From NCBI RefSeq assembly GCF_006345805.1, contig NC_043000.1:140058001-140122000 (forward strand): a stretch of DNA of 64,000 nt. The letters run 5' to 3'. The DNA comes from Octopus sinensis (taxonomy: Eukaryota). Positions 27,150 to 38,710 of the stretch are shown one piece after another (position 1 is the stretch's first letter; every line of letters starts with the position of its first letter). Under the pieces are notes generated by a model. The model worked only from the letters and a program-made list of their open reading frames with translations, did no database searches and was not told the origin of the DNA. Made by a program: the position numbers and the translations under genes.

Positions 27150-27400
27150 TTTTAATTCAAATTAAAAATCCCTTTACATGGAATGGATATGGGTTGTTTT
27201 TTTTTTACTTGTTTTTCTTTGTTCCGTGTTTTCTTTTACTGTTGCATTTAACTTTCTCATCTATTTCCAAAGCTTTTTATATTTGGCTTTTTACAATTCT
27301 TTTAAGGTTTTCTATGCCAATGCTATTGGCATTCACAAATTTATCTAACCATTATTCAATTTCTTTGATAAATAGATATAAAAGTAATCATATTTATATC
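27150..27400 (-). mobile_element. Possible PLE RT C-terminal relic
   Basis: Minus-strand EIE*WLDKFVNAN...KRIVKSQI*KAL...ISIPCKG loosely resembles the PLE post-RT region (I.LPY.G). Weak. Confidence 0.3.
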
Positions 27401-27760
27401 GTTGTATAAGGCAGGCATACACACAAACACATGCACGCACACTCACACACACATAGTGCTATTCGCTCACACATACACATACTCAGACAAACCTATAGGT
27501 ATATATGTTGTCAATCCCAGTTTTACAACAAATACACCATATCCTTATAGGTCCTAAGAAGCAACTAAGGTGTTTGGCATCCAGAAGGCATGCATCTAAC
27601 TGTATGCTGCTGCTCAAAATCATTGCAACCAACCCGTATCAACTTTGTGATGTTGATATCGAAACGACGGTTATTATAGCTATGAGGATATATATACAAC
27701 AATATGTATATGTATACACACACACACGCACACACACACACACCACACGCATCCCACATC

Positions 27761-28156
27761 AGTGCAGGAGTGCCTCTGTGGTAAGAAGCTTGCTTCCCAA
27801 CCACATGGTTCCCGGTTCAGTCTCACTGCGTTGCACTTTGGGCAAATGTCTCCTACTAAACTCTCAGGCCGACCAAAGCCTTGTGAGTGGATTTGGTAGA
27901 CGGAAACTAGAAGAAGCCTGTAGTATATATATGTATGGATATACTTATGTTCTGTGTATCTGTGTTTGTTCCCTCACCACTCTTGACAACCGATGACAGT
28001 TGTTTATGTCCTCGTAGCTTAGCAGTTTGGCAAAAGAAACCGATAAAATAAGTACTAGGCTCACAAAGAATAGGCCCTGGGGTCGATTTGTTCGACTGAA
28101 GGCGGTGCTCCAGTATGGCTGCAGTCAAATGACTGAAACAAGTTAAAGAATAAAAA
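27761..28156 (+). mobile_element. SINE family B (diverged)
   Basis: Family B head, CORE-like block and tail. Confidence 0.85.
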
Positions 28157-28250
28157 GTGCTGTGGGCAGTGCATCAGTCTCTTAATCCAAAGTTATCATC
28201 AAGCCATCTGAAGGTCATGAGGTTGATCCTCACCGGGGGCAGATTTTTTA

Positions 28251-28707
28251 GGCACAGGCATGGCTGTGTATTAAGACGCTTGCTTCCGAATAACATGATT
28301 CCAGGTTCAGTCCCATTGCATGGCACCTTGGGCAAGTGTCTTCTACTATAGCCTCATTCTCACCAAAGCCTTGTGAGTGGATTTGGTAGAGAAAAACTGA
28401 AAGTAGTCCGTCGTATATATATACATACACACACACACACATATATATATACATACATACATACATATACATGTATATATTTATATGTGTGTGTTTGTGC
28501 CAGTGTTTGTCCACCCCTCCCACCATTGCTTGACATCCGATATCGGTGTGTTTACGTCCCCATAACTTAGCGGTTCGGCAGAGGAGACCGATAGAATAAG
28601 CACCAGGGTTACAAAGAATATGTCCAGGGGTCGACTTTTTCGACTAAAAGGTGGTGCTCCCGTATGGCCAGAGTCAAATGACTGAAACAAGTAAAAGAGT
28701 AGAAGAG
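28251..28707 (+). mobile_element. SINE family B (diverged)
   Basis: Family B head, CORE-like block and tail. Confidence 0.85.
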
Positions 28708-30860
28708 TATATGTGTGTGTGTGGTGTATGTCTATGTGTGTGTGTATTGTGTGTATCACTGACTATATCACTATATCTGTGTGCATATTTATGCAGATGT
28801 ATATATGTATGTATTTATATAAACACACACTCATACATACACAAATATTTCAATATCTATAATTACAGTGTCGAATCGGTTTAAATATTATTCAGAAAAA
28901 CAAAAAAGAAGAAATTTCATATTCAATTAAATCAAATAGTCACGACCACGGCTTTTGAAATCTTCAGACATAATTCGATGGGATCTCAACCCAATCTGTA
29001 TATAAAGAAATAGTTTTACTCTCTTCTGAAGGACACTAGAAAAACGGTATTTTTCGATCATTTAAACGCTGGCAAATTGTGACGTAGGATTTGAGGATTG
29101 CAGGCTGAATTCTGAAATATAACGATTCGATTTCAGTAAACCTGGAAGTAGACGTTACTTAGACACTTGCAATCAATAATACAAAATTACTTTCTTTCAG
29201 TAGTGTATCCTGTCGCAGAGTACCAACACATTTTCAAATCAGGGGTTGTATTGATTTGAATTAATATGAAATATCTCTGTAAATTATCTGAAACTCATGA
29301 CAACACAGTTTGTGATTGCATAACAATATTCTAAAAACTTTTAACTGTATTTAAAATACTGAGTGAGCTCTATGACGCGAACTCACGGTTGCCGCATTGC
29401 GGTTTACAAGTCACGACCTAGCAATGGCTTGATCACGTAAGAGATAATTTTGGAAGGTCCTGGAAGTTTTCCCTCCAAAAGTTATGAAGAGTCGATTTTA
29501 GGCGCCAATTCGCAGAGGGCTGTAGGCGTTACGTCAGAATAAATGTCTCCACTTTTAGTGTGTCCTGATTATTTTTTAGTCGTTCTCACAACAGTACGCT
29601 AAACCGATATGCTATTGTAGTAACAGACATAAAGCGGTGCACGTGTGTGTGTGTATGTATATACATGTGTGTGTATATGTATGTATATATATATATATAA
29701 GAAATAAGAGAGATTGTGTGTGTGTCTTTGTGCGAGCGTATGTTCCTTATGGATTCAAAAATTAATCAAAAGAACCAGTAATCTTTCGACTACCAAATAA
29801 AACTTTATTTTCATTTAAATAATTACATTACCAAAATTTAACACTATGATCTTCCTCTAAGTCAACTATCATAAACGACATTTTATACCAGCACGACTCT
29901 CACGACGACGTCACATTTTCCATATGAGTTCGTATGTATCTGCCATTGTGTGTGTTTGCACATTTGTTGCGTATGTTAGGTCGATAACAGAAAAGTATAT
30001 GTGTATGACTGTATGTAACTGTGTATGTATCTCAGTATACATTTATTTTTTGTGACGACTCACACATACACTCACACACACATCTAAAGATAGAAACAGA
30101 CGCACAAAGGAACAGAGATAGGCCTGAGGTGTTCGTGAATGTATGTCTGTGTGTGTCTGTCTTAGTATATGTATGTGACTGTACTACCCAACAATGAAAC
30201 GCGCCGATTTTGAAAGAGTTTAGTTCAGTTGCAGCCTGGACGTTGAACGAACAACAGCATTCACTTTGGAGTACCACTGTTTGTATTTTCCTTTTCATCA
30301 AGGAGATTTGCTGTTTAAACTGCATTACCGATTATCATTAATTATGTGTTGAAATATTATTCTGGGTTTTATAACCAGCTTGAAGATTTGGCTGATCTGA
30401 CAACACCTCACAACACACTCAAATGTATTTGAAGAAAAATGTTATTCTGGTTATTATAACAAATTTGGAAACTTGGTAAAGTAGAAAGCCTCGGCAGCTC
30501 TTTCAATATAATTATAGAAATGTTATTCCAGTCCATATAACCAGTTTGAAGATAATGCTTTTTAACGGTCCTAGCGTCCTTATCGTATTCCTGCTATGCT
30601 GCTTTGTCAGTGTGAGTATTCAACGCCGCGCAACATTTTTACTGCGTTAGTCAGTATTTATTCTACAGCCTATAACCTTACACAGTTAAAATATATAGTA
30701 AGTGGTGTCAAGTTAATTCATGTCTTGCAACATGTATCCTTCAGCAAATGTTTTTAATTAGCGTTCACAACAGCAATATATTCCTTTGTACACACTTTGT
30801 TCATAGTTCGCTTAAAATTTGTAAAATAATAAATTACTTTTGTATGAAAACTTGAATTAT

Positions 30861-31267
30861 AGGTGCAGGAGTGGCTGTGTGGTAAGTAGCTTGTTTACCA
30901 ACCACATGACTCCGGGTTCAGTCCCACTGCGTGGCACCTTGGGCAAGTGTCTTCTGCTATAGCCCCGGGCCGACCAATGCCTTGTGAGTGGATTTGGTAG
31001 ACGGAAACTGAAAGAAGCCCGTCGTATATATGTATATATATATATATATGTACGTGTGTCTGTGTTTGTCCCCCTAGTATTGCTTGACAACCGATGCTGG
31101 TGTGTTTATGTCCCCGTCACTTAGCGGTTCGGCAAAAAGAGACCGATAGAATAAGTACTGGGCTTACAAAGAATAAATCCCGGGTCGAGTTGCTCGATTA
31201 AAGGTGGTGCTCCAGCATGGCCGCAGTCAAATGACGGAAACAAGTAAATGAGTAAATGAGTAATGAG
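30861..31267 (+). mobile_element. SINE family B
   Basis: Family B with (GAGTAAAT)-variant tail. Confidence 0.9.
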
Positions 31268-31629
31268 TTATGTCTTCTGAATTTTCTTGGAGCTTGACTT
31301 TCTCCATCGTGATATTCAATCCTGAACTTGTTCCAAATAAATTCTGACTTTCAGTACTTTGTTACATTGATGACACATTGTAATTTTTGCTACATTGGTG
31401 ACTTTCTGACGATAGAATATTTCCTCTGGAAATATTCCCTGAAAAAAAAATTTTTATAGTATAACTATGTTACAGAAAGTATGTCTTGCACTTATTTTGA
31501 TTACATTTCGTTTCGCTTTAACTTCGTGTGTGTAAGTTTTGCTGTTTTCAATATTATCACTTCTATATGTGTCTATCTGTCTGTGAGTGTTTCCGCGTTC
31601 GTTACGTCTATAGTAAACTATTGCAAAGG

Positions 31630-33310
31630 ACATTTTACGCCAGTTTAATGAGCCCACATCTAATGAAGTAGCCATCCTTATGGTAGGTGATTCCCAGGAA
31701 AGTCGTGATATTCCCATTCGTGCTTGAGATAACAACCTTTAACGTGTTTCAGAGACTCATCCCTCTTATGATGCTCTCCTGTATCCTCTTATTCTGTGGA
31801 ATGGACAACATGGATATCATTTCAATATTCCACATATTGAACCGGCAACAGCAGAGCTAATTACAAACAAAAAGGTGTCGTCAAATGACTTCTATTCTTA
31901 CCAACTGATGTTAAGACCAGAACACTCAAATCAATCATACATGTATCGTGATCTATTAAACGTTAGCACGCCGGGCGAAATGCGTAGCCGTATTTCGTCT
32001 GACGTTACGTTCCGAGTTCAAATTCCGCCGAAGTCGACTTTGCCTTTCATCCTTTCGGGGTCGATAAATTACGTACCAGTTACGCACTGGGATCGATGTA
32101 ATCGACTTAATCCGTTTGTCTGTCCTTGCTTGTCCCCTCTGTGTTTAGTCCCTTGTGGGTAGTAAAGAAATATATTTTAGCAATACCTGGTTGATATATA
32201 TATAATAAAGTTGAGAGTCAGTGTGTTTTCTACATTCGTAACAATAAAAAAAAGTTAAGGGCTAAAAGTTATCCTCATCTCCTAGGTGCTCTGAGGATAG
32301 ATGGAGATATTCAAAACATAGAACAACTTAAAATCCTCTTATCATGATTCACTGATGGTCCTCGATATATGTACGAAGGAACACAAGATGCTTTGAGATA
32401 TGTCAGGACATATGGAAAACCAGATCATTTTGTCACTTTCACCTGCAATCCTAAATGAGAGGAAATAAAATCTAACCTTCTTCCAGTGTTGCAGCTTCTG
32501 GTATTGCAGCTACCCTCCTCGATGGGGGAAGAACTGCTCATTCCATGTTCAATCTCCTTCTAAATCTTGCAATGAAAGAATCTCAAATGTGCGACATTTC
32601 TAAAAACTTTGCAATTGTAACAGTTTTCTAACAAACTTGCCTCACCTTTAATGATGAGTGCATTGTTACATCGTGGAGCTCCAGATGTACTTGACCGTAT
32701 CTCTATGACATAAAAGACAATAGCGCGCTCATGGGCGCAGTAGATTTTCGTCAAAACTTGCCAGTTATCCTCAAAGGATCAAAAGCTGATGAGGTCAATG
32801 CATACTTCAAAAACTCGTACCTTTGGAGGCGTGAAAAACCTTCATCTTACAGGCAACATCAGAGTACTTCTACAAGATCATACGAGTTTTTTACGATTAT
32901 TAATGAGATATTAACAACTCAAGACTTCAGCTACTTGAAATTACATGCAGTAAAATGATACATTCTCTTAGGGATCTTATGGATAAAGTATTTCCTAATG
33001 CATCTGTCAATTTCTCTGTTGTCAACTAGCTATGAGAAACTGCAATACTAGTTCCAACTAACGAAATGGTTGATAAACTCAGTCAAGAGCATTTTCAAAA
33101 GTTAGCAGGTACATCAGAACTGACTTTTAGATCAACTGACAATAGTCGATCAAGATATGGTTGTTCAACACACTGTTCAATTTCTGAACACACTGAAACC
33201 CGCTGGGATGCCACCGCATAACTTGACACTAAAACTGGGTGCTCCCATTATGTTGTTTTGGAATCTTGACTAATCTCACCTGTACAATGGAACTCGCTTC
33301 ATTGTTACTT
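31630..33310 (+). mobile_element. Helitron RepHel relic, internally deleted and interrupted by a SINE
   Basis: Rep motifs FNEPTSNEVAIL, HPSYDALLYPL, FYSYQLMLR, GPRYM and YGKPDHFVTFTCNPK. PIF1-like helicase motifs SGIAATLLDGGRTAHSMF, DFRQNLPVI, AILVPTNE and GMPPHNLTLKLGAPIML...NGTR. Confidence 0.9.
31958..32171 (+). mobile_element. 5'-truncated SINE family A inserted in the Helitron
   Basis: Family A body; the Rep reading continues across the insertion. Confidence 0.9.
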
Positions 33311-33541
33311 TGCCTCATCAGTGGAAGGTTGTTATTCCCATCCTGGCCACTTGATAAGTTCGATATTTAAATAATGATCTTATCCTTATTTAAATAAATT
33401 TATATATTATTTCATCATTATATTCACTTCGGTGATATATTTAACCATATCGCACGAGGAGTTTTAGGCGAGCAATTTAAACTGGTCGTGTGCATGCATG
33501 CATATATATGTATGTATGCGTTCGTATATATAAGTATTCGT

Positions 33542-33603
<62 letters not shown>

Positions 33604-33823
33604 TTAAAATAACTAAGTCTCTCTAAAAGAGAACAGCGGCAGCGTTCCCGGAAAATAATAGTTATCGCCATACTAATATGGCATTCTTATAAAAATAAGA
33701 AAAAAGCTGTCCGCTTATTAGCTCCATGAGGCCATCGCCTTAAGTTAGCTATTTGATACACAAACTGTATCCATATAACCTTCGAACAAGGGAGGTCAGT
33801 CGCTCCACACTACTTGACCGGCA

Positions 33824-33865
33824 GCTACAGACGCGTTTCGGGGTATTGCCCCTTTTCAATGCAGC
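33824..33865 (-). ncRNA. Antisense copy of the 34003-34044 hammerhead
   Basis: Exact reverse complement within the inverted repeat arm. Confidence 0.8.
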
Positions 33866-34002
33866 GTAGCCAGCCAGTAGGTGTCGCTTCCGACAATCTC
33901 TGTTCGATGGTTTTATTTACCTAGTTTCGGTGGAATACATCCACTTGTTTTCAATAATAGAAATATTAAAATAACTAAGTCTCTCTAAAAGAGAACAGCT
34001 AC

Positions 34003-34044
34003 GCTGCATTGAAAAGGGGCAATACCCCGAAACGCGTCTGTAGC
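34003..34044 (+). ncRNA. Minimal type I hammerhead ribozyme, U3-A8 core variant
   Basis: Stem I GCTGCA/TGTAGC; core TTGAAAA; stem II GGGG-CAATA-CCCC; GAA; palindromic stem III ACGCGT; GUC cleavage site. Confidence 0.8.
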
Positions 34045-34207
34045 TGCCGGTCAAGTAGTGTGGAGCGACTGACCTCCCTTGTTCGAAGGTTATATGGATA
34101 CAGTTTGTGTATCAAATAGCTAACTTAAGGCGATGGCCTCATGGAGCTAATAAGCGGACAGCTTTTTTCTTATTTTTATAAGAATGCCATATTAGTATGG
34201 CGATAAC

Positions 34208-34243
<36 letters not shown>

Positions 34244-34262
34244 ATTTATGTGCTGCGTATAC

Positions 34263-34316
34263 TCCACTGATGAGGCATAGCATTTCTTATGCAAAGCCAG
34301 AAATCCGGGATATGGA
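34263..34316 (+). ncRNA. Type I hammerhead-like motif with CTGATGA core
   Basis: Stem I TCCA/TGGA; CTGATGA; stem II GGC...GCC with an extra A before GAAA; stem III ATCC-G-GGAT; AUA triplet. Confidence 0.6.
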
Positions 34317-34489
34317 ATTATCCAGTAATTCTTTTGCTAGTTTATTTTGTCTTTTTGTCTCCTCTCCTGGTGCTGTATGAACTTTTAATGTGGTTTTAGA
34401 GTCAAGTTTTGGCTGCTATTTCAAGCGTGGTGGTATCTCTTAGATACCATAAATTATAATTTGAATATATGTATATATACATACATATA

Positions 34490-35570
34490 CATACAATTTA
34501 TTATAAAAGCTGCAAAATATTCACAGAACTTTTAATCAGAATTTCACGTCCCCGTTCGTCGGAGAGTTTGCTGTCTCTAAAAAGAAAAATTGAGTTTAGC
34601 CTATGGTATAGCAGGATGCAATTGATTGGTTTAATAAAATTTAAAAATAAATGTAAATTTATACAAATAGACATTAACAATTATTACCAATCTATTAACC
34701 CTATTGTATTAGACAAGGCACTCATATTTGCTAAGAATTAAAGAAGCTTGTCCATGAAAAAAATAAAAATCATACTTGCAGTAAGAAAAACAGTGATCTT
34801 TCACGATGGTAAATATTGGGCAAGAAAAGACACACCTCATTGTTTTGATATACCAATGGCCGCACATGACTCCGCCCAGATGTCTATATTCTATATAAAT
34901 TTAATGAGGAATTTCCTGAAATAGAAGGAGGACTCTACCGTGACGATGATCTATTCTTAATAAAGAACATACTAATAGAATAATGGAAAATTACAAAAAC
35001 AAGATTACATACAATTTTTTAAGAACCACGGTCTATCAATTTCAATTGAAAAAGAAAATAACTCAGTAAATTTTCTTGACGCTAACTTTAATCTTTAACC
35101 TTAAAACGGGTATTCACCAAACCTATCAAAAACCTAACTCTAACATTAAATATATAAATGCAAATAGTAGTCATCCACTTAATATTATTGAGAACATTAG
35201 TATGAATATTGAGAGACGAATTAATTATCAATCTTCAAATGAAGAAGTATTTAACAAGCATAAAGATAATTATAATATAGCATTAAAGAAGGTTGGTTAT
35301 AATTATGAAATTAAGTACAATAAGAATTGCAACATCTTGGAAAATCAAAATGAAAATAAGAATAAAAATAATACTGATAAAACTATGGATGTACCAACAA
35401 AGACATAGTAAATCCTTACAAAGTAGGAATGAAAATCCCCCAAGCAATAATAATAATAATTATTATTATTATTATTATTATAATGAATATGTTAAACAAG
35501 ATAATTACAATAATGAAATTGAATAAATAGATGGAGAATATAAAACCAAAAATAAAAATATGAGCAAGAA
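34490..35570 (+). mobile_element. Penelope-like element RT relic, 5' part
   Basis: KFIQIDINNYYQSI, LDKALIFAK, FDIPMAAHDSAQ, GLYRDDDL, VNFLDANF and YQKPNSNIKYINANSSHP, followed by an Asn-rich (AAT)n linker. Stops and frameshifts. Confidence 0.85.
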
Positions 35571-35580
35571 TAATAATAAC

Positions 35581-35635
<55 letters not shown>

Positions 35636-38348
35636 TTTTTACAGGAAGATAGGAAAAACAGCGTTTACTGCAGGGTCTGTACCATCAAAAGAAGAAGTGC
35701 AGAGATTTTGGAATAAAATCTGGGCAGAAGAAAAAACACACAACGAAAAGGCCCCCTGGATTGACAGAATATCTACAGAACTGGACCCCTTAGAAGAGCA
35801 AAAGTGGGAGGGTGTCAAGGTAGAAGATATAAGATCTGCTCTCAGGAGGTCAAGCAAATGGAAGTCTCCAGGAAAGGATAAAATTCCTAACTTCTGGCTG
35901 AATGCCTTCCCAGAGAGCCATGAACTGCTAACAGAACTGTACAATGATGTTCTGCAACACCCTAGTAGGATGCCTCCTTGGCTAGTTAATGGGTTAACAT
36001 TCCTGCTTCCAAAAAGTGAAGAAACAAATGAACCAAAAAACTATAGACCCATAACCTGCTTAACAACTATGTACAAAACTCTAACATCTGTCCTGACGGA
36101 ATATACCTATAGTTTTTTAACAGACAGCAGCATATTCCCTAATGAACAGAAAGGATGTAAACGTGGATCCTACGGCTGTAAAGACCAACTACTCATCAAT
36201 AAGATGATCTTAGAAGATTGTCACAAACGACACAAAAACTTATCAATAGCCTGGATAGACTATAAAAAGGCTTTTGATAGCCTACCACATAGCTGGATTA
36301 GGAAATGCCTTGAAATGTATAAGATAGCACCAACTCTGCGAAACTTCTTGACTGTAAGTATGAGATCATGGAGAACCACACTAACTCTGAACAGTGACAG
36401 TGAATCCCTAAATGCTGGTGATGTAAAAATTTCGTGTGGCATTTTCCAGGGTGACTCACTGTCACCACTCCTCTTTTGTTTATCCTTAATACCTCTCTCA
36501 AAGCTGCTCAATGACGCGCAGTACGGGTATAAAATGTTTGATAAAAATATAAATCATCTCGTTTACATGGATGATTTAAAGCTTTTTGCAAAAAATGATC
36601 AACAACTCAAGGGCTTACTAGCGATAGTCAAACAATTCAGTGACGACATCAGAATGCAATTCGGCCTCGATAAATGTGCAAAGGCTACCTTTATCAAAGG
36701 AAAAATGACAGAAACATCTAACGTTAACCTTGACCAACAGAATGTCATAAAAGAACTAGACCCAGCGGAGAGCTACAAGTACCTAGGGGTAATTGAAGGG
36801 AACGGAATAAGGCATTCAGAGATGAAGGAAAGGATCAAGAGAGAATGCTATCGAAGAGTGAGAGCAATACTCAAGACAGAGCTGAATGCAAGAAACAGGA
36901 TTGAAGCAATCAATGCATTAGCTATACCAGTCGTGACTTACAGTTTCAATATTGTTAACTGGTCAATTACTGAAATATGTCAGCTCGACAGAAAAATAAG
37001 GAAACTGTTGACAATGCATAGAATGAACCACCCTAAGGCAGATACAGAACGACTCTATCTGCCAAGAAAAGAGGGAGGCCGTGGTCTTTTGCAACTGGCA
37101 ATAACAATGAAGATTGCTACAATTGGCCTAGACACCTACCTGAAAAACTCTGAGGACTGGATGTTAAAACTTGTCTCAAAACATGAAAACAAGAAAGCAT
37201 CATACTCAGTCACAAAACAGGCAAAGGAATATCTAAGTGAATTCCGAATACAACCAATTTCGGAATTAGAGATAGACATACAAGAAACAAGCACAGAAAA
37301 AGCTAGGCGCATGAAAACCCGTGCCAAAACTGCGGCCTTAGATATTCTGAATAATAAATGGCAAGAAAAACCTCTCTACGGCAAATACCCAAAGAGAGCG
37401 AATAATGCAGATATCGACAAAGCCCTGACCCATCAATGGCTAATGGCCTCTGGCTTAAAATCTGAAACAGAGGGGTTTATCATAGCAGCTCAAGATCAAT
37501 GCCTACCAACAAGAAACTACCAGGCCAACATATTAAAGATCAGAAGCAGTCCAACGTGTCGTGTATGCAAGCAACAAAATGAAACCATTGACCATGTGGT
37601 CTCCAAGTGCAGTCTTCTAGCGCCTACAGAGTATCTCAACAGGCACGATAGAGCTGCACAATATATTCACTGGGTAATCTGTAAAAACCTGGATTTGCCC
37701 CATGAAAAAAACTGGTGGGAACACAAACCACCCCCAGTGCTTGAAAATGACCACATCTCACTCCTCTGGAACTTCACCATTCAAACTGACAGGAAGATAG
37801 ATGCAAATAGGCCAGACATCATATTGAAAGACTTCAAACAAAGAACATGCCTCCTCATTGATATGACTGTCCCAATCGATATAAACGTATCTGTCAGGAC
37901 CTACCAAAAACTGAGCAAATATAAAGATCTTGAAATAGAAATCAGCAAAATGTGGAAGCTGAAGACTAAAACAATACCTGTTGTCATAGGTGCCCTGGGA
38001 ATGATAGCAAAAGGGGCTGATAGCTACCTAACTCAGATACCAGGAAACCCAAAAATGGCAGAAGTTCAAAAGATAGTGCTCATGGGAACTGCTCATATCC
38101 TACGCAAAATACTCTCTATGTAACCTCAAGGTTTAAAACAACCATAATTTTCGGTTAAAAAAAAAAAAAAAAAAAAAAAAAATTTTTTTTTTTTTTTTAG
38201 ACATTCATTAGTACAACATCCCCACCCCCCAAATATATGGCACACTAGGCATAACAACAACATGAACTTCCAACCCTGTTGTCTCTTGAGGTCTCTGGGT
38301 GAGACTTGGAGCCAACTTGTACAAATATAAAGCAAAAGTCAAACATAG
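35636..38348 (+). mobile_element. 5'-truncated R4/Dong-clade non-LTR retrotransposon inserted in (TAA)n
   Basis: Uninterrupted RT-RLE ORF and about 225-bp 3' UTR; (AAT)n immediately on both sides (35571-35634 and from 38349). Confidence 0.9.
35697..38123 (+). CDS. Reverse transcriptase plus CCHC zinc knuckle and restriction-like endonuclease (5'-truncated)
   Basis: 808 aa with KSPGKD, NYRPITCL, EQKG, IDYKKAFDSLPH, GIFQGDSLSPLLF, YMDD, GLDKC, YKYLG, CRVC..ETIDHVVSKC, RHD, RPDI..IDMTVP and KLSKYKDL. The frame is open upstream to about 35634, so the annotated start is not a true initiation codon. Confidence 0.95.
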   Translation: MQRFWNKIWAEEKTHNEKAPWIDRISTELDPLEEQKWEGVKVEDIRSALRRSSKWKSPGKDKIPNFWLNAFPESHELLTELYNDVLQHPSRMPPWLVNGLTFLLPKSEETNEPKNYRPITCLTTMYKTLTSVLTEYTYSFLTDSSIFPNEQKGCKRGSYGCKDQLLINKMILEDCHKRHKNLSIAWIDYKKAFDSLPHSWIRKCLEMYKIAPTLRNFLTVSMRSWRTTLTLNSDSESLNAGDVKISCGIFQGDSLSPLLFCLSLIPLSKLLNDAQYGYKMFDKNINHLVYMDDLKLFAKNDQQLKGLLAIVKQFSDDIRMQFGLDKCAKATFIKGKMTETSNVNLDQQNVIKELDPAESYKYLGVIEGNGIRHSEMKERIKRECYRRVRAILKTELNARNRIEAINALAIPVVTYSFNIVNWSITEICQLDRKIRKLLTMHRMNHPKADTERLYLPRKEGGRGLLQLAITMKIATIGLDTYLKNSEDWMLKLVSKHENKKASYSVTKQAKEYLSEFRIQPISELEIDIQETSTEKARRMKTRAKTAALDILNNKWQEKPLYGKYPKRANNADIDKALTHQWLMASGLKSETEGFIIAAQDQCLPTRNYQANILKIRSSPTCRVCKQQNETIDHVVSKCSLLAPTEYLNRHDRAAQYIHWVICKNLDLPHEKNWWEHKPPPVLENDHISLLWNFTIQTDRKIDANRPDIILKDFKQRTCLLIDMTVPIDINVSVRTYQKLSKYKDLEIEISKMWKLKTKTIPVVIGALGMIAKGADSYLTQIPGNPKMAEVQKIVLMGTAHILRKILSM

Positions 38349-38429
38349 AATAATAATAATAATAACAATAATAATAATAATAACAACAACAACAACATCA
38401 TCATCAACAACAACCAAAATAACAATAAT

Positions 38430-38710
38430 AATAAGAAGACAGTAAAGGAGAAATTAATACCTTGTGTGGGAAAAAACGATATTGTGACAAAAAAATGAAT
38501 ATATAAATAAGGTAGACTCAGATAAAACTATATGGATCATAATTCCTTTCGATAAACAATTAAAGACACATTTTGTTAAATCTATGAAAAAGATTATAAA
38601 TAAAAACTTTAAAAACACTAGATACGGAAAAATAGTTAATGGCAAACATATAAGATTTGGATTTTCTGTTTCTCCCAACCTTCTTAGGATAATTTCTTCG
38701 TTTAATAATG
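38430..38710 (+). mobile_element. Penelope-like element, continuation after the Dong insertion
   Basis: IWIIIPFDKQLKTHFVKSMKKIINKNFK...IRFGFSVSPNLLRIISSFNN matches the PLE post-RT motif IWFNPPYS...KVSYSCMPN...IISSHN. Confidence 0.75.

Larger units (their letters stand above)
33596..34213. repeat. PLE pseudo-LTR-like cassette with 216-bp inverted repeat and 42-bp direct repeat
   Basis: 33655-33870 is the reverse complement of 33998-34213; 33596-33637 equals 33958-33999; (TA)n on both sides. Confidence 0.9.

Noticed and set aside
30351-30553. CRISPR-like repeat-spacer geometry
   Set aside because: Only three diverged units, partly homologous spacers, no cas genes, eukaryotic context.
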